In this document: positions 47,504 to 57,527 of the stretch, one piece after another
How the letters are laid out: each line of letters opens with the position of its first letter
How positions within the stretch are numbered: position 1 is the first letter of the stretch
From: an uncultured Pseudomonadales bacterium
GTDB lineage: Bacteria; Patescibacteriota; Microgenomatia; UBA1400; PJMF01
Length of the DNA: 64,000 bases
Direction: 5' to 3'
Assembly: GCA_964607285.1 (NCBI GenBank)
Contig: CAZSJW010000006.1
Location: 799-64,798, forward strand
Notes under the pieces: generated by a model
Databases searched by the model: none
The model's input: only the letters and a program-made list of their open reading frames with translations
What the model was told of the DNA's origin: nothing
Made by a program: the position numbers and the translations under genes

Positions 47504-47893
47504 ATGAAGCGTCGTCAACTTTCCGATAAAATTCTCTCTATGCTGGCAGATCGCCATTTGCTCAGTGCTCTGGATTTGGTACGATTGGTGGAAACGGACA
47601 CTACTGGCTACAACAAAACAAGCGTGTACCGTGCACTTGAAAAACTTTTGTCTACTGGTCAAGTCTGCAAACACACCTTTGGAGGTGCCGAAGCAGTATA
47701 CGAGCTAAGGGACCACCATCACGATCATTTATTTTGCACACACTGTGGTCGAATCACAGAGGCAGAGTGCCAAACAACAATTCCCAGTGAAATCAAGGGC
47801 TTTCAAGTTGAGCATCACCATTTGACGCTATATGGACTTTGTTATGATTGTTCGCTGACGCAAAGTGTGGGGACTGTGGGTACGGCTGGGTAA
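47504..47893 (+). CDS. Fur-family metalloregulator (Fur/Mur/Zur-like)
   Basis: Winged-helix N-terminus; the metal site …HHHDHLFCTHCG…; and a second Cys pair, CYDC. Confidence 0.8.
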   Translation: MKRRQLSDKILSMLADRHLLSALDLVRLVETDTTGYNKTSVYRALEKLLSTGQVCKHTFGGAEAVYELRDHHHDHLFCTHCGRITEAECQTTIPSEIKGFQVEHHHLTLYGLCYDCSLTQSVGTVGTAG

Positions 47894-47902
47894 AGTCTTA
47901 TT

Positions 47903-48313
47903 TCAACTAGAGATTTTACTCCAATCTTTACTCAGTGCATAAAAATAAAATAAACCCAAAACCAAATAAAAAAGTGAGGTTATAGTTCCTGGAAAGTAAC
48001 TCAGAGCAACAATAGATCTAACAAAATGGTGTGTTTCTGAAACGAAAATCCACCCATAACCTGCAAGACAATATTTAAATAATTGCTTAAATTTGTGCGA
48101 GAGGAAGAATAGTGTTATAAAGAAATATATGGGTATGTGGGATGCAAAATAGATAGCACTGCTAGTAGTTTCAAAGTAACTATCGAATGATTGAAAACCA
48201 AACTTGTAGTATCCACTAAGCACCACTTCTACCATGTGAGCAACGTTGAGAAAAAGTGATGTAACAATGATGTTCCATAATCTTTTAGACATGAACTTAT
48301 TGTAGCAGTTCAA
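47903..48313 (-). CDS. Hypothetical 4-TM membrane protein in a low-GC segment
   Basis: 136 aa, aromatic-rich and hydrophobic. A sampled 100-nt stretch is about 30% G+C. Confidence 0.4.
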   Translation of the reverse strand: MNCYNKFMSKRLWNIIVTSLFLNVAHMVEVVLSGYYKFGFQSFDSYFETTSSAIYFASHIPIYFFITLFFLSHKFKQLFKYCLAGYGWIFVSETHHFVRSIVALSYFPGTITSLFYLVLGLFYFYALSKDWSKISS

Positions 48314-48463
48314 ACTTATACTGTGATGGTCTAGTGTTCATATTAAGGCCCAAAGCATGAGTGGTATTTTCAAGAAAATATTAATACAAGTGTTTTGGAT
48401 AAAACCTAAGAATAGTTTTGACCAATCAAATCTCGCCAAAATTGTGCCATTATTCCTGCCAAA

Positions 48464-49027
48464 TTATCTTCGTCCAGACAACTGCTTATACGAATAGTAC
48501 CGATCAGGCTGCTTCATATAAAACTGCTGATGATAATCCTCTGCAGGAAAAAAATTGCTGAAGTTCTCGATTCGTGTTGCAGCATCCAAACCTTCAGACA
48601 GCGAACTCTGCAGCAACCGCTTCGATTCCACCGCCACGCCACGTTGCTCTGCATCATGTACGAAAATCGCAGTCGTGTACTGAAACCCCCGATCCGCAAA
48701 CTGACCACCTGGGTCGGTGACATCGATTTGCAGCCAAAAAATGTCCAAAATTTCCGAGTATGTGATAACAGATGGATCAAAAAAAACTTGTACCGATTCT
48801 CTGTGTCCCGTAACACTAGTTATTACTTGCTCGTATGTTGGATACGTTCTTTTCCCACCAGCATAGCCAGCAATCGTGCCAAATACACCTTTGCGCTGCT
48901 CAAATGGCGCTTGCAAACACCAGAAGCAACCACCCGCTAGCGTGGCGATAGCCGCACCAGGTTTGGATTGCAGCTCTAGTAGTTTTGTGTCTGCATCTTG
49001 GAATTCTGTTCGGGACTGCTGCATATG
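48464..49027 (-). CDS. msrA: Peptide-methionine (S)-S-oxide reductase MsrA
   Basis: Active site …ATLAGGCFWCLQAPF… The start is placed at the ATG of MQQSRTEF…; the ORF-track start at 49117 adds an implausibly long leader. Confidence 0.85.
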   Translation of the reverse strand, partial: HMQQSRTEFQDADTKLLELQSKPGAAIATLAGGCFWCLQAPFEQRKGVFGTIAGYAGGKRTYPTYEQVITSVTGHRESVQVFFDPSVITYSEILDIFWLQIDVTDPGGQFADRGFQYTTAIFVHDAEQRGVAVESKRLLQSSLSEGLDAATRIENFSNFFPAEDYHQQFYMKQPDRYYSYKQLSGRR

Positions 49028-49254
49028 TAGAACTTTATGTAATTTGCAAAACGTACTTCCGCTCATTCCAACCATTTTTTGGCTCGATGAATGTTTGATC
49101 GGTTGGTTTAAATCCAAGTTTTTTCAAGACGGAAACACTTTCAATATGTCTTCGCCTAGTGCTGGAATTTCATGCAAATTGGTAACTTTATTCACTGGGC
49201 TAGTATAGCAAACCATAACTTTGCTACACTGAATACAGGAACTTTTTTCATCTC

Positions 49255-50400
49255 ATGAAAACCACAACTAAGCTGCTAGCAATATCTGGATTACACGGTC
49301 TAGCCGCAAGTATTGCAGACATTATTCTAAGCTTGTACATCTGGAGGTTGTTGGATTTGCGCGCTGTTGCTCAGTTCAAAATGACCGAATTATTACTAAT
49401 TCCGCTGCTGGGTTTTGGAATAGGTTGGCTAGGAAAGTATTTTGGACCAAAAATTGGTTTAGCTCTGGGATTAATTCTCTTCTGTATCGAAATTATAGTG
49501 TTACTTACTCTGGGTGAACAAATCACCCAACATCTATTGCTCATAGCACTCCTGAGTGGTGCCTCAATGGTGTGCAGATATATGTCGCTGAATGTGTTGT
49601 ATAGAACCGCTGTCACTCCAAAGCAACAGCCGCCATTTTATGGCAACATGAGTATTGTGTATTATGTTTTGCAGCTGGTATTTCCAATACTTAGTGGATT
49701 TATCATTTTACGTTCAGGATATACGCCATTATTCTGGGTGGCGCTTATTTGTTCGGCAATCATTCTTCTGATCTTGTACAGCGTTGGAACTTCTAACCTC
49801 AAAGTTACATTTGCTCCTCAAAAAGCTTTTCAGACTCTAAGCAAAGAAATTATCTCCCTTCTTTTTACACAAGTATGGTGGGGTCTTGAATATGCATTTT
49901 TTTTGACAGTGCTTCCCATACTTATTACTAGTCAATTTAAAGGAGAATTTGGCTGGGGTATAGTCATGACTGGCATGAGTTTCCTAAAAATTATCTCAAG
50001 TGTTTTGCTATTAAAATCGGCTTCCAAGCTACAGAAACAAAAAGTTGTGCGAATGGGCGGAGTTTTGGTATCGATTGGTGCACTGCTCTATGCAATTATT
50101 CCCACCCTTGATTACTTCTTGATTATTTTGCTGCTTTTGCAAATTTGGCAAGTAATCCAAGAAGTTATAATTCGTCCACACATGAACGCGCTTATGCGTT
50201 TGCCAGGCACTGCTCGCATCGGCATGCAGGAGTTCAGCTATATTTTAGAGCTTCCCTTCATGCTTGGCAGAATGCTGATGTATAGTTGCATCTGGCTGGT
50301 ATCTCCTTACATACAGTCACCCTATGCCATTTTCTTCCTATTCTTAATTGTCAGCATGGTACCTGTAAATGAAGCACGTGCACTACAAACAAAACTTTAA
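49255..50400 (+). CDS. MFS-type transporter (about 11-12 TM)
   Basis: 381 aa, hydrophobic throughout with the paired six-helix organisation. Confidence 0.55.
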   Translation: MKTTTKLLAISGLHGLAASIADIILSLYIWRLLDLRAVAQFKMTELLLIPLLGFGIGWLGKYFGPKIGLALGLILFCIEIIVLLTLGEQITQHLLLIALLSGASMVCRYMSLNVLYRTAVTPKQQPPFYGNMSIVYYVLQLVFPILSGFIILRSGYTPLFWVALICSAIILLILYSVGTSNLKVTFAPQKAFQTLSKEIISLLFTQVWWGLEYAFFLTVLPILITSQFKGEFGWGIVMTGMSFLKIISSVLLLKSASKLQKQKVVRMGGVLVSIGALLYAIIPTLDYFLIILLLLQIWQVIQEVIIRPHMNALMRLPGTARIGMQEFSYILELPFMLGRMLMYSCIWLVSPYIQSPYAIFFLFLIVSMVPVNEARALQTKL

Positions 50401-51059
50401 AGTGTATCAGTGGCCTCCAGGAGTTCTGGAAATGATAACTGAATTACTCCAGTCTGTATGCTTTGAATCACCCCTTCATCTTTGAGAACAGAGATTTCAC
50501 GAGTGACTGTCTCTCTTGAGATACCAATCAATGATGCTAACTCTGCATGCGTAAATGGTAATGAAACGACAACAGTATCACCACTTTCTGCTCCAAATCG
50601 ACGACTTAACTGAATAAGAACCTGTAGTAATCGCTGCTTACTTGTACCCACCATAAGTACCGCCTTTTCCTCAAGCTGTCCATTCATTCCAACTAATACT
50701 CTTGAGAGAGTCTCCCATAACAAACTCAGGTCTGACTGCAACCACTTTCTTACTTTTCCAATGGGTGCAATGCGAATAGTGAGATCTGTTTTAGCCTCAA
50801 ACTGATATACATTTGGCGTGTCATTTACGATTGCGGTTAATGGAAAAAAACTGGGTGCACGAAGAATATTGACTATAACCTCATTACCTCGTTCATGTAA
50901 TAACTTTACACATACCACACCTTCTTCTATGTAATAGACACTGTCCAAAAGAACCTGCTCTTGAAGAACCACTGTTTTTGCAGGTAATTCTTGCTGAGGA
51001 AAGGTGCTAAAGAAATCAGATACAGACTGTTTCAATGCTGGTACTTGCGAACTATTCAT
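50397..51059 (-). CDS. Crp/Fnr-family transcriptional regulator
   Basis: An N-terminal cNMP-binding beta-barrel followed by the C-terminal HTH …HAELASLIGISRETVTREISVLKDEGVI…; no FNR-type Cys cluster. Confidence 0.8.
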   Translation of the reverse strand: MNSSQVPALKQSVSDFFSTFPQQELPAKTVVLQEQVLLDSVYYIEEGVVCVKLLHERGNEVIVNILRAPSFFPLTAIVNDTPNVYQFEAKTDLTIRIAPIGKVRKWLQSDLSLLWETLSRVLVGMNGQLEEKAVLMVGTSKQRLLQVLIQLSRRFGAESGDTVVVSLPFTHAELASLIGISRETVTREISVLKDEGVIQSIQTGVIQLSFPELLEATDTL

Positions 51060-51198
51060 ACATATCCTCGTTTCTGTAAACTAGGTTTTCATATGTAGAT
51101 ACAGATTTCCATTTACTAAAGCTAGGCTAGTGTACAGTCTCTTCAAGAATATGCAACTCTTTTTTTACATTCTGGTGTTCAAGAGTTTTTCCCACTCG

Positions 51199-52338
51199 AT
51201 GAGCGTGCCACATCTGATACAATGCCAAAGTCGTATGATTAGCAAACAGTTTCACACTTTTTACCATGATCAGCTTGTCCAAGCTATTGATTCATATATC
51301 AGGACTGAACTCCAAAACTTTCATGCTCTTCCATGGAGTAAACAGGTCACAGAGAAACTAATGGGGTTCTGCAAAGGTGGCAAGCTAGTCAGAGGTACTA
51401 CCTTTGTTGAAGCAACACACTTGCTGAGTAATACACTGCCCGCAAAACTAAAACTGACTGACCCTGCCATACTGGCAATTGGTGTGGCAATAGAACTATT
51501 TGGCTCAGCTTTGCTGATCCATGATGACATAATAGATCGGGATACACTCCGACGAGGCAAGGCAACAATTCACACACAGTTCGCTGAATGGGCAACTGAA
51601 CATGGCAGGCCATCACCTCAGCATGATGGTAATTCTGCAGCAATCGTGCTGGGAGACATACTGCTGTTTCTTGCCAACCGTGCAATCATTTCACAAACTG
51701 ATCCTGCACTTGATATAACTACTATCAAAACAATCCTGCAACAATTTTCGCGAGAGTCACTCTTTACAGCATTTGGGGAACTAGCAGATAGCATTGGTAC
51801 TCCAGATCAAGAGCAACTTTCAGAGGAGGGAATTCTAGAACTATACCGTACCAAAACAGCACACTATACATTCTGTATGCCACTAACAATGGCTGCAATT
51901 GCTAGTAAGCAGTCTGCAGAGCAAGTAGCACTGTGGGACACAATAGGTCAGCATCTTGGAGTTCTTTTTCAAATTAAAGATGACGAACTCGGCCTATTTG
52001 GTAATCCAGACGTCACGGGCAAGGCTGTTGGAGCTGATATTCGGGAAAATAAACGAACGTTATACTTTCTACTTACCCGCAATGCTCTTCTCAAAGCGAA
52101 CCAAACAAAAAAATTAGAACTATTAGAAAAAGCATACGGAAACCCTGAGATAACGCAAACTGATATTCTAGCAGTTTCTAAGCTCATTGAAGACACTGGC
52201 ACAAGGCTAGCACTCCAAAATCGTATGCGCACAGTAGCCACCACAACTACCAATATGCTGCAGTCTCTCGAACCATCTGAACCACTTCGACAATGGTTTT
52301 CTAAACTTGTAGAGTTTACAATTGCCCGCACCAAATAA
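51199..52338 (+). CDS. Polyprenyl diphosphate synthase (trans-isoprenyl diphosphate synthase)
   Basis: First DDxxD motif LLIHDDIIDRD and second FQIKDDELG. The start is uncertain among 51130, 51199 and 51235. Confidence 0.8.
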   Translation: MSVPHLIQCQSRMISKQFHTFYHDQLVQAIDSYIRTELQNFHALPWSKQVTEKLMGFCKGGKLVRGTTFVEATHLLSNTLPAKLKLTDPAILAIGVAIELFGSALLIHDDIIDRDTLRRGKATIHTQFAEWATEHGRPSPQHDGNSAAIVLGDILLFLANRAIISQTDPALDITTIKTILQQFSRESLFTAFGELADSIGTPDQEQLSEEGILELYRTKTAHYTFCMPLTMAAIASKQSAEQVALWDTIGQHLGVLFQIKDDELGLFGNPDVTGKAVGADIRENKRTLYFLLTRNALLKANQTKKLELLEKAYGNPEITQTDILAVSKLIEDTGTRLALQNRMRTVATTTTNMLQSLEPSEPLRQWFSKLVEFTIARTK

Positions 52339-52346
52339 TTGCAATT

Positions 52347-53183
52347 TTATATGTGTATCTGTAGTGCCTGAGTAACTTCTTGTATGATTGTAGTAATGTG
52401 CACTGCATCCGCTTGATCAAGATCCAATGCGCTACCTACCTTGTGTGATCTAAAATGTTGCCTTTCAGCAAGTGCACTCTCCTCGGTTCTCTGGGACGCA
52501 GCTTTTGGATACTGTTTCGTCCAACTTGGAATTTCTGGTTGCATGTGACGAATAGGTATGTCGCTCGTATCAAGCAACCAATGCCTATCGCTATTCTTAT
52601 CCACAATCTTGACTGACCCAAGAGAAAGTGAGTCTTTTTGTATCCATGCATCTCCAGTAGAACCAGCTACGTCTATTTCTAGAAGTGATGCACCAGATGG
52701 CAGCGTGTCCACGCTCAGCACCTCACGCAAGTGACTAGAAAATTGCTGCTGTGACGGCATTCCTGCATATTTTTCATTGTCTCTTGGCAATCGTGCAATC
52801 AGTACTTGCCAACCTCCAAGTCTCTTTGTCATCTTTGGTTTGCCATGGGATACAGTTCTCATGGGCTGTTGAAACATGGGCAATATGAAAATACTGTAAC
52901 AAAAGTCTGCGCCAGCACCTGCACAGTTTGATATATGGCCAACCTGCTCAAACAGTGTGCTCGCTACCCTGGTTGCACCAGTTTGTATTCTGGGAACAGA
53001 CTCAATTAACCCTACAAGTTGATCCATAAGAACACTAAGTCCTTCTTGCTCACTCTGTCTTCTTGACTCCACAGAAGCTTGAGCGATAACTGGTGAAAGA
53101 GCACTACTTTTCCCTCCAAAAAAACTTCTCAACCAATGCCATGGATGTTGCTTTTCAGGACGTGGATGCACTTCTGTAGTCAT
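52347..53183 (-). CDS. Hypothetical cytoplasmic protein (278 aa), no recognised motifs
   Basis: A long ORF with coding-like composition, divergent from the surface-protein gene. Confidence 0.4.
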   Translation of the reverse strand: MTTEVHPRPEKQHPWHWLRSFFGGKSSALSPVIAQASVESRRQSEQEGLSVLMDQLVGLIESVPRIQTGATRVASTLFEQVGHISNCAGAGADFCYSIFILPMFQQPMRTVSHGKPKMTKRLGGWQVLIARLPRDNEKYAGMPSQQQFSSHLREVLSVDTLPSGASLLEIDVAGSTGDAWIQKDSLSLGSVKIVDKNSDRHWLLDTSDIPIRHMQPEIPSWTKQYPKAASQRTEESALAERQHFRSHKVGSALDLDQADAVHITTIIQEVTQALQIHI

Positions 53184-53246
53184 ATTTGAATTTTGATTAA
53201 TATTGAGTACTCTATCTGATTTATGCTACCATGAATATGAATACAT

Positions 53247-56200
53247 ATGCGTCGGAATTTCCTTAATCAAGTTGGTGTTTTTTTTCTTGCTGCTTTTGTA
53301 AGCATAAGTGGTCTTATCTACCATTGGAACTATATCCGAGCAGAGGGAACCTATGCAAACATTGGTACCGCTACTGGTACAAATGGTGGTTATGATGCGG
53401 TAAGTTGGTCGCAGGGCTACCCCATCATGATTGACTCTTACGGCAAGTTTATTATCCCCGTACAGCACCACACGCTCGGGAATCGCTTCGCATACAGCAA
53501 CAATGATGGATCCAGTTGGAGTGAAACAACTACTGGTGGGGACATGGCCAACCGTCCCGCTGCTGTGTATGACAGCATCAATGACAAAATCCACGTGTTG
53601 ATTACTGATACTGACAGCGCAACATATAAACGTTTTATTATTAACCGTGATAAAAACTATAATATCGTCTCAATTGAGTTAGATCCCACACTTACCCCGC
53701 TTGCGCTGGACACCGAAGCGACTTGCACCAGTGGTGAGTTCGCAAACCCTATTTTACTTTGGAAAAATACAGGAGATGAAGGCACTATCGTGGCATTTTG
53801 GACTACACTCAAAACTAATTGTGGAGGCGATAACCTTTCGGCATCCCGCGCATCCATGCGCACACTCACCAATACCAGTGCAGACGGTGTGGCAAGCAAC
53901 TGGGCAGCACTTGATGGCACCAACGACAGCGGTGCTACCGCGCCAGCCGTTGCCAACTTTGATGAGTTGTATTCATATGCAGGAGTGCATAGTCATCCAT
54001 TTCAACACTCAGCACTCATCCGTGGCGGATCAGGAGGCAAAGCTGAAGACATCTATCACTTTACAACTGACGAAGACGATACGCATGGATATCGCCGACT
54101 GGCTTGGAGCTCAGGCAGCAGCAACTGGTCTGGAAGCTGGACAGCTCGCGCAGAGTTTGGAGGAGATGTAAACAACGCTAGTGGATACACGCTTAAACAC
54201 GAGTTGCTCAGCAAACCCGTCTATGCCTCTGGACATGGCAAAGTATATCTCGGCATTGCTCGATATCTGGGCGGTGGTGATGGGGACACACAAAGTTTGT
54301 ACTCCGTCGACGATAGTGATGCAATTACTCTCGAAAGCAATGTCTACTCTGCGGAAGGGTCGCACTGTCTCTATCCAACTTTTGATCTAACCTACGACAG
54401 CGTGGAAGACGAATTATACTTCTTCTACATTATCTCCGGCGCAAGCTCAGTATGTGGACACACATACTACGTGACCTACGATGGCGATACGTTCTCTGAC
54501 CCCATTGCCTACTACACAGTTGCCAACCGCTCGGTTGATATTCCCATTGTCTATCAGAATCGGTACAAGGACAAACTGCATTTGTTCTATCGTTTGAACA
54601 GTGCAGATGACCCCAACACGCCGCCCCATGAAGTACATTACGGAACTGTAGCACTTAGCGACTCTATCACTGAACCATCAGTTAGTGCTGGCACTAGCCC
54701 CTACACAGCTACAACCTATGCCGACTTCACACAAACTTGTCGTTCACTTTCCACTACAGAAGCAACCAATACTTCAGGTGGTGAGTTTACTCTAACAAGT
54801 TCTTTGCGTGATGACTTCGAGACACCGACTGCACCGTACACTATGGTCTGGAAAGACTTCTGGAATTTAGGGGTGTGGAGTGGTGGTACATTTAACCCCA
54901 CCCCAGATGGAACTGTGTTAGTCTACAATGCAACTGGCGCATACATGCTCGGCAATGTGACGGCAACCCAAAAATCGCTTGAATTCCGAGCCCAATTTAC
55001 TAATCACTCTTTCCAACACATTGGTTGGGTACCTGATGAAAATTTCGGCCAATATATTATGTTTAGCACACATAATAATGGTCAATTGAACGCTCGTTTT
55101 AACTCGGGGGGAGGAGAGACAATCGAGAATCTCGGATCTTCATACTTTGGTAGTTTCCACACCTACAGAATTGATTGGGGAGCCACAGAGGTGGTGTTTT
55201 ATATAGATGGTACTGAAGTAGCAACAATCGCCAACACATCAGGAACTGCCATGACACCTATCATCTCTAACAACACAACAACTGCAGGATCAGATCTCGA
55301 GGTTGACTGGCTCCGTATAAAGAACTTCCCTTCTACCACTGGAACGTATCGGTTCTGCTCACTCGATGGTGGGGCCGCGAACACATTCTGGGATACGGTA
55401 ACCTACACTGCAACCGCCTCAGGTGGCACAACAAGTTATGAGACACGTACCTCAGCAGACAACGACTCATGGTCAAGTTGGTCTGCTGAACAGGACAGTG
55501 GTGAGTCTGTTTTAAGTGCCGCTGCTCGCTATATCCAGATTCTTTTCAACTTTGCTGGTTCTACAACTGAAACACCAAGCATTAATAATTTCTCTATTAC
55601 CTTCGAGCAAGCACCAGCAGTCGCTAGCTCTTTGGCCCAATATCAAAGCAATGGCTCAACCAGCATTAGTACGGGTGGCAGCACCACAGAAACAACTGTT
55701 GTCTTCAAGTACAACATGTCAGACGGAGACAGCTCAGAAACATTAACACCTGAACTAGAAGTACGAGCAGTTGGCACTGACTTCACAAACATACCGTCTG
55801 CCACAGGGAGTGCTGTTGTGTACTCAGGATCAGCAGTATCGGGCACTGTTACCATTTCAAGTGGTTTAGCAACAAACACTAGCTACCACTGGCAAGCTCG
55901 GGTGTGCGATGAACACCAATGTTCAGCTTGGACTAGCTACGGTGGGAATGCTGAAACTGCAGCTGATTTTTCAATTACAACAGCTAGTGCCGAAGAGACT
56001 GGCACAAGTGAAACAAACAGCACCAGTAGTTCCTCATCATCACCTCAGCCACCAAGCTGTGCTCTAGCTAGCCCTGGATCGAAAACACCTCTGCTATATG
56101 GTGCCATAGCAGAGGACTCTGACAAAGTTCGACTGTATTTTGCACCAGGAGATGCCCCGTACGACTACTATGCATTGAGCTTCGGACTTAGTAGCGGTTC

Positions 56201-56822
56201 ACAAGAGTATGGCTCAGACAATATTGGCAATGCTGAACAGCGATCGTACTTGGTGACCAACCTGCAACCCAATACTGAGTACTTCTTCCGAGTACGCAAC
56301 GGTCATGGCTGCGCACCTGGCAATTGGTCTAACGAACTGTCAGTCCGTACGCTCAGGTCAATGCGGACTAACACATTGTTGCTCAGTACAGAGCTGCTAC
56401 CAATACCAAAAAGTGAGCCCTTGATAGCAGAAGAAGTAGCAAGCCCAAGCAGTGAACTTACCACCGAGTCTATGCAGCAATACCAAGATTTAAGCATCTT
56501 TGTCAAAAATGAATCGGGCGCATCCGTTGCAGGTGCCTCTGTTGAGCTTCACTCCACACCAAGATATACCAAAACTGACGATGAAGGACGTGCTACGTTT
56601 ACCGATGTCGAGCCTGGTGAGCATACTCTTACAATTGCCTACGACTCATACAGTGGTGAACAAAAAGTGTTCCTTGATGGCAGTAAGCCTGACGTTGAAA
56701 TTGTTGTCACTTTACGTAAAGAAGGCGTGAGTACCGAGACCTATATTTTGGCTGGAGCTGTAGTCATTGGGTCACTGCTTCTCAGTATCGGCTTGTTTGT
56801 CTTTGCTAGGCGGCGTACCTAG
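53247..56822 (+). CDS. Large cell-surface protein: signal peptide, Asp-box/BNR-like and LamG/glucanase-like beta-sandwich regions, FN3-like and CarboxypepD_reg-like modules, a C-terminal TM helix and an RRRT tail
   Basis: N-terminal hydrophobic signal (VGVFFLAAFVSISGL). Asp-box …YSNNDGSSWSE…; LamG-like …FHTYRIDWGATEVVFYIDGTEVATI…; …SYHWQARVCDEHQCSAWT…; …DDEGRATFTDVEPGEHTLTIAYD…. It ends …ILAGAVVIGSLLLSIGLFVFARRRT with no LPXTG. Confidence 0.7.
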   Translation: MRRNFLNQVGVFFLAAFVSISGLIYHWNYIRAEGTYANIGTATGTNGGYDAVSWSQGYPIMIDSYGKFIIPVQHHTLGNRFAYSNNDGSSWSETTTGGDMANRPAAVYDSINDKIHVLITDTDSATYKRFIINRDKNYNIVSIELDPTLTPLALDTEATCTSGEFANPILLWKNTGDEGTIVAFWTTLKTNCGGDNLSASRASMRTLTNTSADGVASNWAALDGTNDSGATAPAVANFDELYSYAGVHSHPFQHSALIRGGSGGKAEDIYHFTTDEDDTHGYRRLAWSSGSSNWSGSWTARAEFGGDVNNASGYTLKHELLSKPVYASGHGKVYLGIARYLGGGDGDTQSLYSVDDSDAITLESNVYSAEGSHCLYPTFDLTYDSVEDELYFFYIISGASSVCGHTYYVTYDGDTFSDPIAYYTVANRSVDIPIVYQNRYKDKLHLFYRLNSADDPNTPPHEVHYGTVALSDSITEPSVSAGTSPYTATTYADFTQTCRSLSTTEATNTSGGEFTLTSSLRDDFETPTAPYTMVWKDFWNLGVWSGGTFNPTPDGTVLVYNATGAYMLGNVTATQKSLEFRAQFTNHSFQHIGWVPDENFGQYIMFSTHNNGQLNARFNSGGGETIENLGSSYFGSFHTYRIDWGATEVVFYIDGTEVATIANTSGTAMTPIISNNTTTAGSDLEVDWLRIKNFPSTTGTYRFCSLDGGAANTFWDTVTYTATASGGTTSYETRTSADNDSWSSWSAEQDSGESVLSAAARYIQILFNFAGSTTETPSINNFSITFEQAPAVASSLAQYQSNGSTSISTGGSTTETTVVFKYNMSDGDSSETLTPELEVRAVGTDFTNIPSATGSAVVYSGSAVSGTVTISSGLATNTSYHWQARVCDEHQCSAWTSYGGNAETAADFSITTASAEETGTSETNSTSSSSSSPQPPSCALASPGSKTPLLYGAIAEDSDKVRLYFAPGDAPYDYYALSFGLSSGSQEYGSDNIGNAEQRSYLVTNLQPNTEYFFRVRNGHGCAPGNWSNELSVRTLRSMRTNTLLLSTELLPIPKSEPLIAEEVASPSSELTTESMQQYQDLSIFVKNESGASVAGASVELHSTPRYTKTDDEGRATFTDVEPGEHTLTIAYDSYSGEQKVFLDGSKPDVEIVVTLRKEGVSTETYILAGAVVIGSLLLSIGLFVFARRRT

Positions 56823-56911
56823 TCTATTGTTTTTTATTTTTTGGCACAAACAAAAGTGATGCTTAGTTTACACAGTGTCTTGTGTTTTTCTCAGTTAGTT
56901 GCTCACCAGTA

Positions 56912-56936
56912 AAGGGTGCTTCTGTGCCCTTTTCTA
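56912..56936 (+). terminator. Putative rho-independent terminator downstream of the surface-protein gene
   Basis: AAGGGTGC-ttct-GTGCCCTT hairpin (8 bp including G-U pairs) followed by TTTTCT. Confidence 0.4.
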
Positions 56937-57028
56937 TAATAACCTGTTTCTCTGCAGCTGATAACGGTGAAATTGAAATTTTTTGCATGATTATTCCTTT
57001 TAATTTTGTACTGACTGTTAATTGTTTT

Positions 57029-57056
57029 TTGCAGCAGATAGGACTGCATCTATACT
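57029..57056 (+). promoter_or_regulatory. Candidate sigma-70-type promoter upstream of the 57125 ORF and sigma-factor gene (-35 TTGCAG, 16-nt spacer, -10 TATACT)
   Basis: TTGCAG-cagataggactgcatc-TATACT. An AAGGGAA Shine-Dalgarno lies 5 nt before the 57125 ATG. Confidence 0.35.
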
Positions 57057-57124
57057 AGCTGGAGTGATGTACTGCGTATATACTGAAACGACTTGCCGCC
57101 AGTACTCAAACATAAGGGAACGCC

Positions 57125-57457
57125 ATGAGCAAAACAAAGAAGACACAAGTAAAGAAGCAGCTTTCACCGCAGCACTTAGAAGAAGCCTTTGCAATTGTAT
57201 GCCAAGAACTGCTCGAGACTTTCATCAAAAAACACAAAGACTATGGTAAAGGCAATATTCTCTCAATCAAGGAACTCGGCATAGCCTTCCGAGAAACTGA
57301 GAAGGTAGAGCGATTGAAAAATTTGCTACTCCAAAGCAATCAACCACAAAACGAGTCAATAGATGACACATGGATCGATGTAGCTGTGTATGGTGTCATT
57401 GCTATCATGTATCGGCGCGGCTGGTTTCAGTCCCTGGAACTACCCAAGTCTCAATAG
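57125..57457 (+). CDS. Small all-alpha protein, possibly a MazG-like nucleotide pyrophosphohydrolase fold (tentative)
   Basis: 110 aa with an ExxE-type pattern (QELLETFIKKHKDYG) and a later acidic helix (ESIDDTWIDVAVYGVIAI) reminiscent of MazG/DUF1599-type all-alpha NTP-PPases. This is weak pattern-level evidence only. Confidence 0.35.
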   Translation: MSKTKKTQVKKQLSPQHLEEAFAIVCQELLETFIKKHKDYGKGNILSIKELGIAFRETEKVERLKNLLLQSNQPQNESIDDTWIDVAVYGVIAIMYRRGWFQSLELPKSQ

Positions 57458-57527
57458 CCATTTAGAGGGTGTGATATAATTTGAACGACTATTTTGCTGA
57501 TTCAGCAATGTATACCTACACTCCTAT

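Noticed and set aside
53247-56822. LPXTG sortase motif in the surface protein
   Set aside because: No LPXTG, LAXTG or NPQTN precedes the C-terminal TM; the motif is …STETYILAG…, so sortase dependence is left open.
57022-57249. 75-aa + ORF overlapping the start of the 57125 gene
   Set aside because: It lies out of frame over a better-supported ORF with a Shine-Dalgarno sequence, and is likely spurious.
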